The notes: a model not told the origin generated them from the sequence alone. Positions 10,579 to 19,848 are shown, counted from the stretch's first letter. The stretch is DNA of 32,000 bases from Pseudoalteromonas tetraodonis (GCF_002310835.1 NZ_CP011041.1:300001-332000), one strand, 5' to 3'. Numbers and translations: made by a program.

Positions 10579-11628
10579 TTAGATTTTTTGCTTTGTTTGT
10601 AGGTAGGTATTTACTAAGGCGCTGATAACTTGACCACATTGTAATGTACCTGCAGCAAGAGAGTGAGGATGTTGCGACGGTGCTGCTTCGCATAAATGTA
10701 AATAAGCACTGTGATGATTACTTGCAGCTAAATAAACATAATGCTCGCCATCGCTAACATCAAAACCGCAATAATTAAATGCGCTTGCAGGCATGTTGGT
10801 TAGGCTATCTAAATCAACTTCTATTCCTAACGGTGCGTTATCAAATGCGTTTAGTGCATTGTTAGTTGCTTCCGTTAAACTTGTTTCTCGCCTAACATTA
10901 ATCGCTTGATAGCTGGTGAAACTAAATTTTGCACTTTGCATCGCATTAAAAATTTGTTGATTATTTTTAAGCTCATGTAAGCCAATTACATGGTAACTGT
11001 TAAGGTGCTGCTCTTGATAGGCGTAGTGAAAACCATTGCCACTGTGTCTGCCTTCACACTCTCTAAAGTCGGCATGGGGGTCTAAATTAATGGCGTTAAT
11101 TGCGCTGTTTTTATATTTTGCAAGCGAGCGAATAATACCTAAGCAGTTGTTATGTCCGCCACCAATAATGATGGGTTCAAGACCTGCTTTAAAAATCATG
11201 CTTAAAATTGCTTCAACCCGCACATCAATCTCAGCGCACAACTGACGTAATTGGTCTAAATCGAGAGGATTTTGGTTATCAAGCGGGTGTGCTTGTTCCA
11301 TTAAGTCATCGAGGTTTACTTCGCCAAGCAGTAACAATTTTTGCATGGCAATAGCGTGATTGTGAGGTTGGTTTAAAAAGTGTTGTAAAAAAGCGGGCCA
11401 AGCATGCTGTGCTCCGCCTTTACCTAAATTGGCTCTAGGTCCAATGTCTTCGCAAACGCCCAGTAAAACAAAGCGCATACCAAACTGTGCAGCATCAGTA
11501 AGCGCTTGTTGTATATTAACGTTTGCGTCAAGTAATGCCACTGACTGCCACGCTTTTTGTTCACCTACACGGTTAGAACAAATGCCCTTGAGCGTGCTTT
11601 CGTTATATACTTTAAGGTGTGCTGTCAC
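10579..11628 (-). CDS. hutG: Arginase/ureohydrolase-family enzyme, probable formimidoylglutamase
   Basis: 349 aa. All three arginase-family metal motifs are present (IIGGGHNN, NLDPHADF, EVDLDSL). It sits next to the hut genes. The GTG start at 11628 lies 1 nt after the rraA stop. The functional call is by family and context only. Confidence 0.7.
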   Translation of the reverse strand: MTAHLKVYNESTLKGICSNRVGEQKAWQSVALLDANVNIQQALTDAAQFGMRFVLLGVCEDIGPRANLGKGGAQHAWPAFLQHFLNQPHNHAIAMQKLLLLGEVNLDDLMEQAHPLDNQNPLDLDQLRQLCAEIDVRVEAILSMIFKAGLEPIIIGGGHNNCLGIIRSLAKYKNSAINAINLDPHADFRECEGRHSGNGFHYAYQEQHLNSYHVIGLHELKNNQQIFNAMQSAKFSFTSYQAINVRRETSLTEATNNALNAFDNAPLGIEVDLDSLTNMPASAFNYCGFDVSDGEHYVYLAASNHHSAYLHLCEAAPSQHPHSLAAGTLQCGQVISALVNTYLQTKQKI

Positions 11629-11629
11629 G

Positions 11630-12127
11630 CTACAGTTCTATTATTTCTAGCTCTAATTCTTCAGCAGAAAGTACAATACCTGTACTGTCGGCATAAACAA
11701 AATCATCATCGAAAAATGATACACCCGCAAAGTTAACGCCTATGCCGCTTTCACCCGCGCCTTCACTGTCAGCTGCAACCGGAATTGATCCAATGGCTTG
11801 AATTCCTAAATCCAGTTCTTCAAGTTCATCAACATGGCGCAGTGCACCATATACAATAATACCTTGCCAATTGTTTTCAAGTGCCAGCTCAGCCAGTTCA
11901 ATATCAATTAAGGCTCTGCGAGTGGAGCCACCACCATCAATAAGTAAAATCTGATCTGTACCATCTTGAGAAAGCAATTGACGGATCAGTTCATTATTTT
12001 CAAAACATTTTACCGTTTTAATGCGGCCACCAAAACTGTGTCGACCACCAAAGTTGATGAACATAGGTTCAAGCACGTCAACCACATCAGCGAAATGGTC
12101 ACATAAATCAGAAGTGCTGTAATCCAT
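11630..12127 (-). CDS. rraA: Regulator of RNase E activity A (RraA family)
   Basis: 165 aa. [45 protein letters not shown]...[12 protein letters not shown]...[22 protein letters not shown] is collinear with E. coli RraA. Confidence 0.92.
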   Translation of the reverse strand: MDYSTSDLCDHFADVVDVLEPMFINFGGRHSFGGRIKTVKCFENNELIRQLLSQDGTDQILLIDGGGSTRRALIDIELAELALENNWQGIIVYGALRHVDELEELDLGIQAIGSIPVAADSEGAGESGIGVNFAGVSFFDDDFVYADSTGIVLSAEELELEIIEL

Positions 12128-12555
12128 TATTTTATCCTCAAAAGATACATAAGTTAGTAACTTAGTATACCCTCCTTATATTCAATAACAACGACTTAAT
12201 TGCAGTAAATTTAGCCAGAAATAGAACTAAATCAATAACACGACTCATAATTTTTTAATTAAATTGTCATCTTTATAAATAAATATTTTTAAAGCTATGG
12301 GGTGAGCGCTTATAAGTGCGAGAGATTTAAGTTCTGATTGGCGAGACTGATAAAATTAAACAATACTGTGATTAGGCCGATGATTATATTGTCCATTTGT
12401 ATAAAGGGAGTTTGTTAATGGTTAAATTTTACTGGTAGCCCTTTTTTATGGTTTTTAATGATAGGCATTATTGTTTATTTCATGTAACAAAATTATGTTA
12501 ATACAAGAAAGCATCACGTCATACTGAACTGGCAAATTTAATATAGGTATTTACA

Positions 12556-14436
12556 ATGAACTTTTTACAGAATCTAACGATTAAACGTCGTTTACAATTT
12601 AACGCATTAATCGTTGGCTTAGCCATGATTGTTATGCTGTGCATCATCATTTATGAAGCACGTATTATGCTTAAATTAAATGAAACTATTCAGTACGCTG
12701 AAGAGCTAGATGTGCATGAGCTTTCGATGCGTAAATACGAAAAAGACTTTTTGTTTTACAAAGATGAGTCTAGTTTAGAGCTATTTGCACAAGAATATAA
12801 AAAACTACAATTTAAACTAGAAAAGCTATCTGTTTTATCTGCAGATTTAAATATTGCTACGGCTCAGGTCAATCAATTTTCTACGTTAGCCCAACAGTAC
12901 TATGACGACTTTCAAAATGTTGTAAAACTACAGCGTAAAATCGGGTTGCACCCAAAAGACGCTTTATATGGCGAGCTGAGAGAAGCAGTTCATAAAATAG
13001 AAACATTGCTTAGTGAGCAAAATAATTACCAATTACTCACCACTATGCTACAGCTGCGTCGAGCTGAAAAAGATTTTATGCTACGTTTAGATACCAAGTA
13101 TTTAGATCGATTTAATAAATTAGCAAGCGAGTTAAAACAACAAGTAAATGCTGCAGAGTTACCCAATAATACACGTAATCAATTAGCCACGTTAATGACC
13201 AACTACCAAAATAAATTTACTGCATTGGTAGAGGCGCAGGTGGAATTAGGCGTCGATTTAAATTCGGGTGCTCTAGGGAAAATGAGAATAAGCGTCAAGA
13301 AAAGTGATGAAGTGGTCACTTTGATCACTAATGCGACTAAAGAGCAAGTAACTGAAACGGCGCAGCAGGCGCAATTATTAGCAATAGTCATTTTTATAAT
13401 TGCTAGTATCATCGTTATGCTACTTGTGTACTTGACCAGTCGTTCAATTATCCAGCCTATTGAAAAAGTTTATCAAGCAATAGATAAGATAAGACAAAAC
13501 AATGACTTAAGCTTGTTTATAGAGCATAAAGGGAAAGATGAAGTAACGAGGATGACCATAGACTTTAATAGTTTAATTAGTGACTTTAAAGATCTCATCT
13601 ACGAAGTAAATACGGCTCTAACAACGCTTAATATAGCAACAGGGAACCTATCTGAAACAACCTCAGCGACTAGCTCTGGTATGCAAGAGCAATTGCATGA
13701 AGCGGATATGGTAGCAACCGCTGCTACAGAAATGCAGGCAACGATTCAAGATATTTCACACAATACTGAAGCCGCCGCTAAAAAAGCTGAATCGACCAAT
13801 GTAAGCGCCCAGCAAGGTCAGGTTGAAGTAGAGTCAACTATTAAGCATATTAATGCCTTATCCGATTCACTTGGTAAAGCTTCCAGCGTGGTGTCTCAGC
13901 TAGAAAAAGATGGTGAAACCATAGGTTCTGTACTTGATGTGATACGTGCGATTGCAGAGCAAACTAATTTACTTGCTTTAAATGCTGCCATTGAAGCGGC
14001 GAGAGCGGGTGAACAAGGTCGTGGCTTTGCGGTTGTTGCAGATGAAGTGCGCTCACTTGCACAGCGTACGCAAGAGTCAACCAGCGAAATAGAGGGCATT
14101 ATTAACACCCTACAACAGCGTACTCAAGAAGTTGTGAGTATCATGCACCAATGTCGTACTCAAGGTGGCGAAAGTGCTACACAAGCAACAAAAGCGGGTG
14201 AGCTGCTAGGATCAATTACCATTGATGTGCAAACTATTATGGAAATGAGTACACATATTGCTACTGCTATTGATGAGCAAAGTCAGGTGGCTTCTGAGGT
14301 AAATAAAAACGTGGTCCGTATTCGAGATATTGCAGAGGGGGCTGCGGCTCACTCACAAACTAATGCGCAAACCAGTGAAGAGGTCTCTGAGCAAGCAAGG
14401 GTACTTCATCAAGCGATTTCAAAATATAAGGTTTAA
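12556..14436 (+). CDS. Methyl-accepting chemotaxis protein (two TM segments, ~240-aa helical periplasmic sensor, HAMP, MA signalling domain)
   Basis: 626 aa. TM1 is near aa 15-33 and TM2 near aa 274-293. It has the conserved hairpin-tip signature [40 protein letters not shown]. Confidence 0.93.
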   Translation: MNFLQNLTIKRRLQFNALIVGLAMIVMLCIIIYEARIMLKLNETIQYAEELDVHELSMRKYEKDFLFYKDESSLELFAQEYKKLQFKLEKLSVLSADLNIATAQVNQFSTLAQQYYDDFQNVVKLQRKIGLHPKDALYGELREAVHKIETLLSEQNNYQLLTTMLQLRRAEKDFMLRLDTKYLDRFNKLASELKQQVNAAELPNNTRNQLATLMTNYQNKFTALVEAQVELGVDLNSGALGKMRISVKKSDEVVTLITNATKEQVTETAQQAQLLAIVIFIIASIIVMLLVYLTSRSIIQPIEKVYQAIDKIRQNNDLSLFIEHKGKDEVTRMTIDFNSLISDFKDLIYEVNTALTTLNIATGNLSETTSATSSGMQEQLHEADMVATAATEMQATIQDISHNTEAAAKKAESTNVSAQQGQVEVESTIKHINALSDSLGKASSVVSQLEKDGETIGSVLDVIRAIAEQTNLLALNAAIEAARAGEQGRGFAVVADEVRSLAQRTQESTSEIEGIINTLQQRTQEVVSIMHQCRTQGGESATQATKAGELLGSITIDVQTIMEMSTHIATAIDEQSQVASEVNKNVVRIRDIAEGAAAHSQTNAQTSEEVSEQARVLHQAISKYKV

Positions 14437-14446
14437 CTACTAACAG

Positions 14447-14474
14447 AAAAAAGTGGCTTAATTGCCGCTTTTTT
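14447..14474. terminator. Bidirectional rho-independent terminator (MCP gene / DUF971 gene)
   Basis: aaaaaAAGTGGCttaattGCCGCTTtttt. A 7-bp stem (one G-U pair) is flanked by an A-run and a T-run, between convergent stops at 14436 and 14507. Confidence 0.7.
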
Positions 14475-14506
14475 CTCATTCACAGAGTATAAGTTCAGAC
14501 TAAATA

Positions 14507-14887
14507 CTAGGGGACAAACTTTATGGGTACGCTGTCTTTGTTGTTTTCATGTTGTTTAACACGCTCTAAATACGTATCCCATAAGCTTGTTTGTTCAGCT
14601 TGTAATTTAGCAAAATATTGCCAGCTGAACAGCCCGCTGTTATGGCCATCGTCAAACTCTAAACGTAACGCGTAATGCCCTACCGGCGTAATGGTTTTAA
14701 TGCCCACTGCTTGTTTATTTAGTACTAACTTCATAGGCTCAGATCCATGGCCTTGAACCTCTGCTGAGGGAGAGTGTACCCGTAAAAACTCAGCGCTAAA
14801 TATAACTTCAGAGTTATCATCAAAATAAACATCTAAATTTTTACTCACACTATGATAGTGCACTTTTGTAACTTGTTTCATCGTCAT
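14507..14887 (-). CDS. DUF971 (gamma-butyrobetaine hydroxylase-like N-terminal domain) protein
   Basis: 126 aa. FSAEFLRVHSPSAEVQGHG and YALRLEFDDGHNSGLFSWQYF are typical of the DUF971 family. The start could be ATG 14887 or ATG 14881. Confidence 0.8.
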   Translation of the reverse strand: MTMKQVTKVHYHSVSKNLDVYFDDNSEVIFSAEFLRVHSPSAEVQGHGSEPMKLVLNKQAVGIKTITPVGHYALRLEFDDGHNSGLFSWQYFAKLQAEQTSLWDTYLERVKQHENNKDSVPIKFVP

Positions 14888-14895
14888 CTCGCTTA

Positions 14896-14923
14896 CAAAA
14901 AAGCCTCCATATTGGAGGCTTTT
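14896..14923 (-). terminator. Rho-independent terminator after hslU
   Basis: The minus strand reads aaaaGCCTCCaatatGGAGGCttttttt. A perfect 6-bp GC-rich stem is followed by a 7-T run, 24 nt after the hslU stop and 9 nt before the DUF971 ATG. Confidence 0.75.
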
Positions 14924-14946
14924 AGTATAACTGTTTGTGTTTTCAA

Positions 14947-16275
14947 TTAAAGAATAAAACGACTTAAGTCTTCATCTTCAACTAGCGCACCTAAGTGTTT
15001 TTCAACGTAGGCGGCATCGATAACAAGGCTTGAACCCGCTTTTTCAGAAGCGTCATATGAAATCTCTTCCATTAGCCTTTCCATAACTGTATGAAGGCGA
15101 CGCGCACCGATATTTTCGGTTTTTTCGTTTACTTGCCATGCTGCCTTAGCAATACGCTCAATTGCGTCGTCGCTAAATTCAATAGCGACTTGCTCTGTTT
15201 TGAGTAGCTCGCGTTGTTGCTCAGTAAGTGACGCGTGTGGCTCAGTTAATATACGTTTAAAGTCATCGGCTGTGAGTGCTTCAAGTTCAACACGAATAGG
15301 TAAACGGCCTTGTAACTCAGGGATCATGTCTGATGGTTTAGACATTTGGAATGCGCCTGAGGCAATAAACAACATGTGGTCAGTTTTTACCATGCCGTGC
15401 TTAGTATTAACGGTAGAGCCTTCAATAAGCGGAAGTAAATCACGTTGTACACCTTCACGACTTACATCTGGGCCTGAGGCTTCACCACGTTTACAAATTT
15501 TGTCTATTTCATCAATAAACACAATGCCGTTTTGCTCTACTGCAAAAATGGCCTGTTCTTTTAATTCTTCAGGATTAACCAGTTTACCGGCTTCTTCTTC
15601 AGTAAGTAACTTAAACGCTTCTTTAATTTTAAGCTTACGCTTAGTGCGTTTATCACCACCCATGTTTTGAAACATTCCCTGTAACTGGTTGGTCATTTCT
15701 TCCATACCAGGAGGAGCCATAATTTCAATATTAGGTTGAGCTTGGGCTAAATCAATATCAATTTCTTTGTCATCTAATTGGCCTTCGCGTAACTTTTTAC
15801 GAAACGATTGGCGTGTCGATGAATTTTCATCGCGCTGAACTTCACCGTATTGATCTTTCGCTGGAGGCAGTAATACATCTAATATACGTTCTTCAGCCGC
15901 TTCTTCAGCGCGATGTTTGAACTTTTTAGTTTGTTGCTCTCGTGTCATTTTAATTGAAACATCAACTAAATCACGGATGATAGTTTCAACTTCTTTACCG
16001 ACATAACCTACTTCTGTAAATTTAGTGGCTTCAACTTTAATAAAAGGTGCGTTGGCAAGCTTTGCTAAACGACGAGCAATCTCAGTTTTACCTACACCCG
16101 TAGGGCCAATCATTAAGATATTTTTTGGCGTTACTTCTGCGCGTAAGTCTTCGTTTAACTGCATACGGCGCCAGCGATTACGAAGGGCAATAGCAACCGC
16201 TTTTTTCGCTTTAGCTTGGCCAATAATATGTTGGTCTAGCTCATGAACAATTTCTCTTGGGGTCATATCAGACAT
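14947..16275 (-). CDS. hslU: ATP-dependent protease ATPase subunit HslU
   Basis: 442 aa. [37 protein letters not shown], Walker [16 protein letters not shown] and Walker B VFIDEIDK. Confidence 0.98.
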   Translation of the reverse strand: MSDMTPREIVHELDQHIIGQAKAKKAVAIALRNRWRRMQLNEDLRAEVTPKNILMIGPTGVGKTEIARRLAKLANAPFIKVEATKFTEVGYVGKEVETIIRDLVDVSIKMTREQQTKKFKHRAEEAAEERILDVLLPPAKDQYGEVQRDENSSTRQSFRKKLREGQLDDKEIDIDLAQAQPNIEIMAPPGMEEMTNQLQGMFQNMGGDKRTKRKLKIKEAFKLLTEEEAGKLVNPEELKEQAIFAVEQNGIVFIDEIDKICKRGEASGPDVSREGVQRDLLPLIEGSTVNTKHGMVKTDHMLFIASGAFQMSKPSDMIPELQGRLPIRVELEALTADDFKRILTEPHASLTEQQRELLKTEQVAIEFSDDAIERIAKAAWQVNEKTENIGARRLHTVMERLMEEISYDASEKAGSSLVIDAAYVEKHLGALVEDEDLSRFIL

Positions 16276-16287
16276 AGCGAGTTCCTA

Positions 16288-16806
16288 TTACAATTCTTCG
16301 ATAGTTTGGAAGTTATTCGTAAATACACAGATGTTGCCAGCAATTGTTAGACTTTTCTCTACAATTTCACGAGCACTTAAGTCGGTATTTTCTAATAAGG
16401 CGGTTGCAGCTGATTGCGCAAAGTTACCGCCGCTGCCAATTGCGATTAGGTCGTTTTCTGGTTGCACCACGTCACCGTTGCCGGTGATAATTAGCGAAGC
16501 TGTTTCATCAGCAACAGCAAGTAAAGCTTCAAGTTTACGCAGGGCACGATCGCTACGCCAATCTTTAGCCATTTCTACAGCAGCTTTAGTGAGGTTACCT
16601 TGGTGCATTTCTAGTTTGCTTTCAAAACGTTCGAAAAGAGTAAAGGCATCAGCAGTGCCGCCAGCAAACCCAGCGATAACTTTGCCATTATAAAGGCGTC
16701 GAACTTTTCGGGCATTGCCCTTCATTACTGTGTTACCAAGAGATACTTGGCCGTCACCACCAATAACAACTTTGTCATCACGGCGTACACTTACGATTGT
16801 AGTCAT
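16288..16806 (-). CDS. hslV: ATP-dependent protease peptidase subunit HslV
   Basis: MTTIVSVRR has the catalytic Thr directly after the initiator Met. AGGA lies 6 nt upstream of the ATG at 16806. The ORF-track start at 16821 adds 5 unlikely codons. Confidence 0.96.
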   Translation of the reverse strand: MTTIVSVRRDDKVVIGGDGQVSLGNTVMKGNARKVRRLYNGKVIAGFAGGTADAFTLFERFESKLEMHQGNLTKAAVEMAKDWRSDRALRKLEALLAVADETASLIITGNGDVVQPENDLIAIGSGGNFAQSAATALLENTDLSAREIVEKSLTIAGNICVFTNNFQTIEEL

Positions 16807-16821
16807 GTTATTCCTCATCAT

Positions 16822-16842
16822 CGCGCTGCAAGAGGCAGCGCG
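16822..16842 (-). promoter_or_regulatory. GC-rich 8-bp stem-loop in the hslVU leader
   Basis: CGCGCTGC-(5 nt)-GCAGCGCG is a perfect inverted repeat immediately 5' of the hslV SD and start. No T-run follows on the sense strand, so it is not a terminator. Confidence 0.55.
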
Positions 16843-16864
16843 TAAAAAACGATTATGAAGAGGT

Positions 16865-16891
16865 TATATGGGTGAATGGTTTAAATTCAAG
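16865..16891 (-). promoter_or_regulatory. Candidate sigma-32 (heat-shock) promoter for hslVU
   Basis: The minus strand reads CTTGAAtttaaaccattcACCCATATA, against the consensus CTTGAAA / CCCCATNT. The -35 overlaps the ftsN-like stop codon. As I count it, the spacer is about 2 nt shorter than in E. coli dnaK and grpE promoters, so confidence is moderate. Confidence 0.45.
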
Positions 16892-17414
16892 TCCAGCCCC
16901 AAATTCCGCAGCCGACAATATTAATTCGTTTAAGTTTGTTCTTGTCACTTTCTGCATGACGCTTGGTTTCATAAGGCCCTAAACGCACTTTGTACCAAAT
17001 ACCATTGCTGCCTGTGGTTTTTTTGATTTCTGAAATTAATCCGGCAAAGGCTATTTTAGCTTTTAAGGTTTCAGCTTGCTGATGGGTTCTAAATGAACCA
17101 CATTGCATGACATAAGGGCCTTTTTGTTCAAGTTCTTTTACTTCAACCTGAATCTCATGCTCTTTAATTTCTTTAATAAATTTAGGTGGCCGCGGTTTAG
17201 CTATTTCTACTTGTTTTTCGGGTGTTGGATTTGCTTGCTTTTCAACAAGCTCTGGATCGGCATTGTTTTTAACAAACCAGAGTCCGTATGCAAAACCACC
17301 GATTAGTAACAAGGCAATAATGATTAACAAAAACGGGAAGGGTTTTTTAGCCGGCTCTTGTTTAGTGTTTTTTCTATTTTTTGGTTTTTTATTAATATAA
17401 TCGTGCTGTGCCAT
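16887..17414 (-). CDS. ftsN: Cell division protein FtsN-like (N-terminal TM anchor, C-terminal SPOR domain)
   Basis: 175 aa. It has an MAQHDYINKK N-terminus like E. coli FtsN (MAQRDYVRR), one TM segment (FLLIIIALLLIGGFAYGLWFV) and a SPOR-like C-terminus (YVMQCGSFRTHQQAETLKAKIAFAGL). It lies in the conserved position between priA and hslV. Confidence 0.78.
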   Translation of the reverse strand: MAQHDYINKKPKNRKNTKQEPAKKPFPFLLIIIALLLIGGFAYGLWFVKNNADPELVEKQANPTPEKQVEIAKPRPPKFIKEIKEHEIQVEVKELEQKGPYVMQCGSFRTHQQAETLKAKIAFAGLISEIKKTTGSNGIWYKVRLGPYETKRHAESDKNKLKRINIVGCGIWGWT

Positions 17415-17434
17415 GGTGTTATATGTGGCCTTAC

Positions 17435-19618
17435 CTAAATCATGTCTGTAGGGTCTACGTCTAAACTCCAGCGAACTTTTTGTGCAAGTTTGCTAGTGCT
17501 GAGATAATCAACCATTTGCGCGAGATACTGATGTAGTATGCGTCGATCTTGCGCTTGAATATGTAATTGAAAACGATACATTCCCGCAATTTTTTCTAAA
17601 GGCGCGGGGATCGGTCCGAGCAATTGTATACCAGATACCCCATTGACAGGAACCAAATCCGTTAGAAAGTCGACGACTTGCTTTATGTTATGCCCTTGTG
17701 CGCGAACAATTGCCATACTCGTAATGGGTGGCAACTGTGCATCACTTCGCTCAGTGAGTGCAAAGCGGGCAAAATCTTGATAGCCATTATTAACTAAGTC
17801 TTGTAATAGCGGGTGCTCAGGAAAGTGCGTTTGTAATAATACTTCACCGGGTTCGCCAGAACGTCCCGCGCGTCCTGCAACTTGTGTTACTAATTGTGCT
17901 AAATGCTCAGTAGCCCTAAAGTCACACGAATACAAACCACTATCGACATCTAAAATAAGTACTAAGCTAACATCAGCAAAATGGTGACCTTTTGCCAGCA
18001 TTTGCGTACCAACTAAAATACGTGCGCCGCCTTGGTTTATTTCATCCAGTGCTTTTTCAAGGCTACCTTTACGCCGAGTTGAATCACGGTCGATACGGCT
18101 GATCGGGGTGTCTGCAAATTCACTACTCAAAAACTCTTCTATTTGCTCGGTGCCCTTGCCGTTAGGAAAGATTTGCGTACTACCACAGTCAGGGCATTGA
18201 TGTGGTACATGATATTGATCGCCACAATGGTGGCAAATCATTTGGCCTATTGCCTTATGAAAAGTCGCACTGGTGCTGCATCGGCTACATTCACTCAACC
18301 AACCACATTCATGACAAATCAAAGTAGGAGAAAACCCACGGCGATTTAAAAATACCATCACCTGCTTTCCCCTATTCAGGTGCTGGCGCATTATTGCAAG
18401 ACTGGCATGCGCAATACCGGCTCTATCAGGCTGACCTTTCATGTCGAGCAGCTTAAACTGATTATCGGTGGCGGTTTGTGCGCGCTCACTTAATGTAAGC
18501 AACTGGTATTTGTTATTAATAGCTTTATGCAGTGTTTCTAGTGCTGGCGTGGCGCTACCTAAAATAAGTGGAATTTGATGCTGATAGGCACGATACGCAG
18601 CTAAATCACGGGCATGATAGCGTAAAGTGTCTTGTTGTTTAAATGAGGCATCATGCTCCTCATCAACCACAATCATCCCGAGCTTTAAAAATGGCAGAAA
18701 AATACTCGAACGGGTACCTATAACAATGGCGCAACTGCCTTTTTCACAAAAGCGCCATGTTTGCAGACGCTCGTTATCGGTTAATGCCGAGTGCCATAAC
18801 ATAATAGGGGTGTCAGGAAAGCGACGTCTAAAACGATTGACCGTTTGAGGCGTTAGCCCGATTTCAGGAACGAGCACTAACGCCTGTTCGCCACGTTTTA
18901 ATACTTCTTCTAGGCATTGCAGGTAAACTTCGGTTTTTCCGCTGCCAGTGACACCTTCTAGCAAAAAGCTATTAAACCCCGTACTTTGATTAATTGCAGT
19001 GCAGGCAATGGCTTGCTCTTTATTTAAACGGGGTTTGCTGCCAACCGTTGGCGAGGTATGTTGCCATTGATTGTCGTGCTCAATGGTTTGAATTATTAGC
19101 TCTTTATCTAAAAGGGTATCAATGGTTTTTTTATTAAACCCGAGGGCTTTGAGTTCGGTTAATGATGATTTACCGGATGCTGATAATTGCTTAAGCAAAT
19201 TAAGCTGTGTTTTAGCTTTTAAAGACGGTAAAAGTGCCCCCTTTTCGCTTAATGTCACCATGTTTATACTGGTTTTATCAGGGCACTCACCTTGGCGCAG
19301 TGCACTGGGCAATGCAATATGAATAGTTTCACCGAGTGGATAGCAATAATAACGCGCTGTAAATTTCAGTAGCTCTAAATGCTGCGCAGATAACACCGGT
19401 GAGTCGTCAATAACTTCAATAATAGATTTTATTTTGCCTTCGGGGACTGCTGTTTCCGCTTTTAAGCTAAGAATAACCGCTACTTTACGTTGATTACCAA
19501 AAGGGACTAACACGCGCATACCAGGCTGTAATTGAGTCAGCGGTACTAATTGCTCATCCACTTTATAATCAAAGGTGCGAGGCAAGGGGACTTTTATTGC
19601 AACTTCAGCAAAACGCAT
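17435..19618 (-). CDS. priA: Primosomal replication-restart helicase PriA
   Basis: 727 aa. Walker A LLEGVTGSGKTEVY, DEEH box (VVDEEHD) and the Cys-rich zinc region CHECGWLSECSRCSTSATFH...CHHCGDQYHVPHQCPDCGS. Confidence 0.97.
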   Translation of the reverse strand: MRFAEVAIKVPLPRTFDYKVDEQLVPLTQLQPGMRVLVPFGNQRKVAVILSLKAETAVPEGKIKSIIEVIDDSPVLSAQHLELLKFTARYYCYPLGETIHIALPSALRQGECPDKTSINMVTLSEKGALLPSLKAKTQLNLLKQLSASGKSSLTELKALGFNKKTIDTLLDKELIIQTIEHDNQWQHTSPTVGSKPRLNKEQAIACTAINQSTGFNSFLLEGVTGSGKTEVYLQCLEEVLKRGEQALVLVPEIGLTPQTVNRFRRRFPDTPIMLWHSALTDNERLQTWRFCEKGSCAIVIGTRSSIFLPFLKLGMIVVDEEHDASFKQQDTLRYHARDLAAYRAYQHQIPLILGSATPALETLHKAINNKYQLLTLSERAQTATDNQFKLLDMKGQPDRAGIAHASLAIMRQHLNRGKQVMVFLNRRGFSPTLICHECGWLSECSRCSTSATFHKAIGQMICHHCGDQYHVPHQCPDCGSTQIFPNGKGTEQIEEFLSSEFADTPISRIDRDSTRRKGSLEKALDEINQGGARILVGTQMLAKGHHFADVSLVLILDVDSGLYSCDFRATEHLAQLVTQVAGRAGRSGEPGEVLLQTHFPEHPLLQDLVNNGYQDFARFALTERSDAQLPPITSMAIVRAQGHNIKQVVDFLTDLVPVNGVSGIQLLGPIPAPLEKIAGMYRFQLHIQAQDRRILHQYLAQMVDYLSTSKLAQKVRWSLDVDPTDMI

Positions 19619-19736
19619 AACAACTCAACCAATTAACGTAATGGTTTAATGTACTAAAAATAGCATTAAAAGCCTACCGACAAATCAGTAATGGATAGGT
19701 GTTTGCCGACTTTTTAGCAAAAAGGGTAATTAAAGC

Positions 19737-19765
19737 TTGTGTGCGTGCGGGTTGTTGGATAAAAT
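19737..19765 (+). promoter_or_regulatory. Candidate sigma-70 promoter for rpmE (TTGTGT-17 nt-TAAAAT)
   Basis: Read directly from the sequence. It would give a leader of about 77 nt containing the hairpin CCAGAC-ttcgg-GTTTGG (19802-19818) and the SD AGAGG (19839-19843). Confidence 0.35.
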
Positions 19766-19848
19766 TCGCGACCAATAAATTTGTTTTAACGACGTATGGT
19801 GCCAGACTTCGGGTTTGGAGAGCGATGCGGCCTTAACTAGAGGTTCCT

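Noticed and set aside
12418-12438. Six-codon mini-ORF MVKFYW with a good SD (AGGGAG, 7-nt spacing) upstream of the MCP gene
   Set aside because: It is too short to evaluate, with no attenuator-like alternative hairpins around it. It could be chance in a 428-bp AT-rich region. It is worth a look only if ribosome profiling data exist.
15200-15670. 156-aa plus-strand ORF, the longest unexplained ORF in the track
   Set aside because: It lies entirely antisense to the highly conserved hslU. The Ser/Cys/Leu-rich, low-complexity composition is typical of the reverse frame of a real gene. It has no SD and no recognisable domain.
16331-16693. 120-aa plus-strand ORF
   Set aside because: It is antisense to hslV. 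It has an Ala/Ser-rich mirror-frame composition and no independent signals.
16807-16821. ORF-track N-terminal extensions (hslV MMRNN-, hutI from TTG 7517, pilO from GTG 30333, hutC from TTG 7460)
   Set aside because: In each case a downstream ATG gives the conserved family N-terminus, for example MTTIV with the catalytic Thr in HslV. For hslV, hutI and pilO that ATG also has a better SD. For hutC I see no clear SD at either candidate start, so I prefer the ATG at 7430 over the TTG start.
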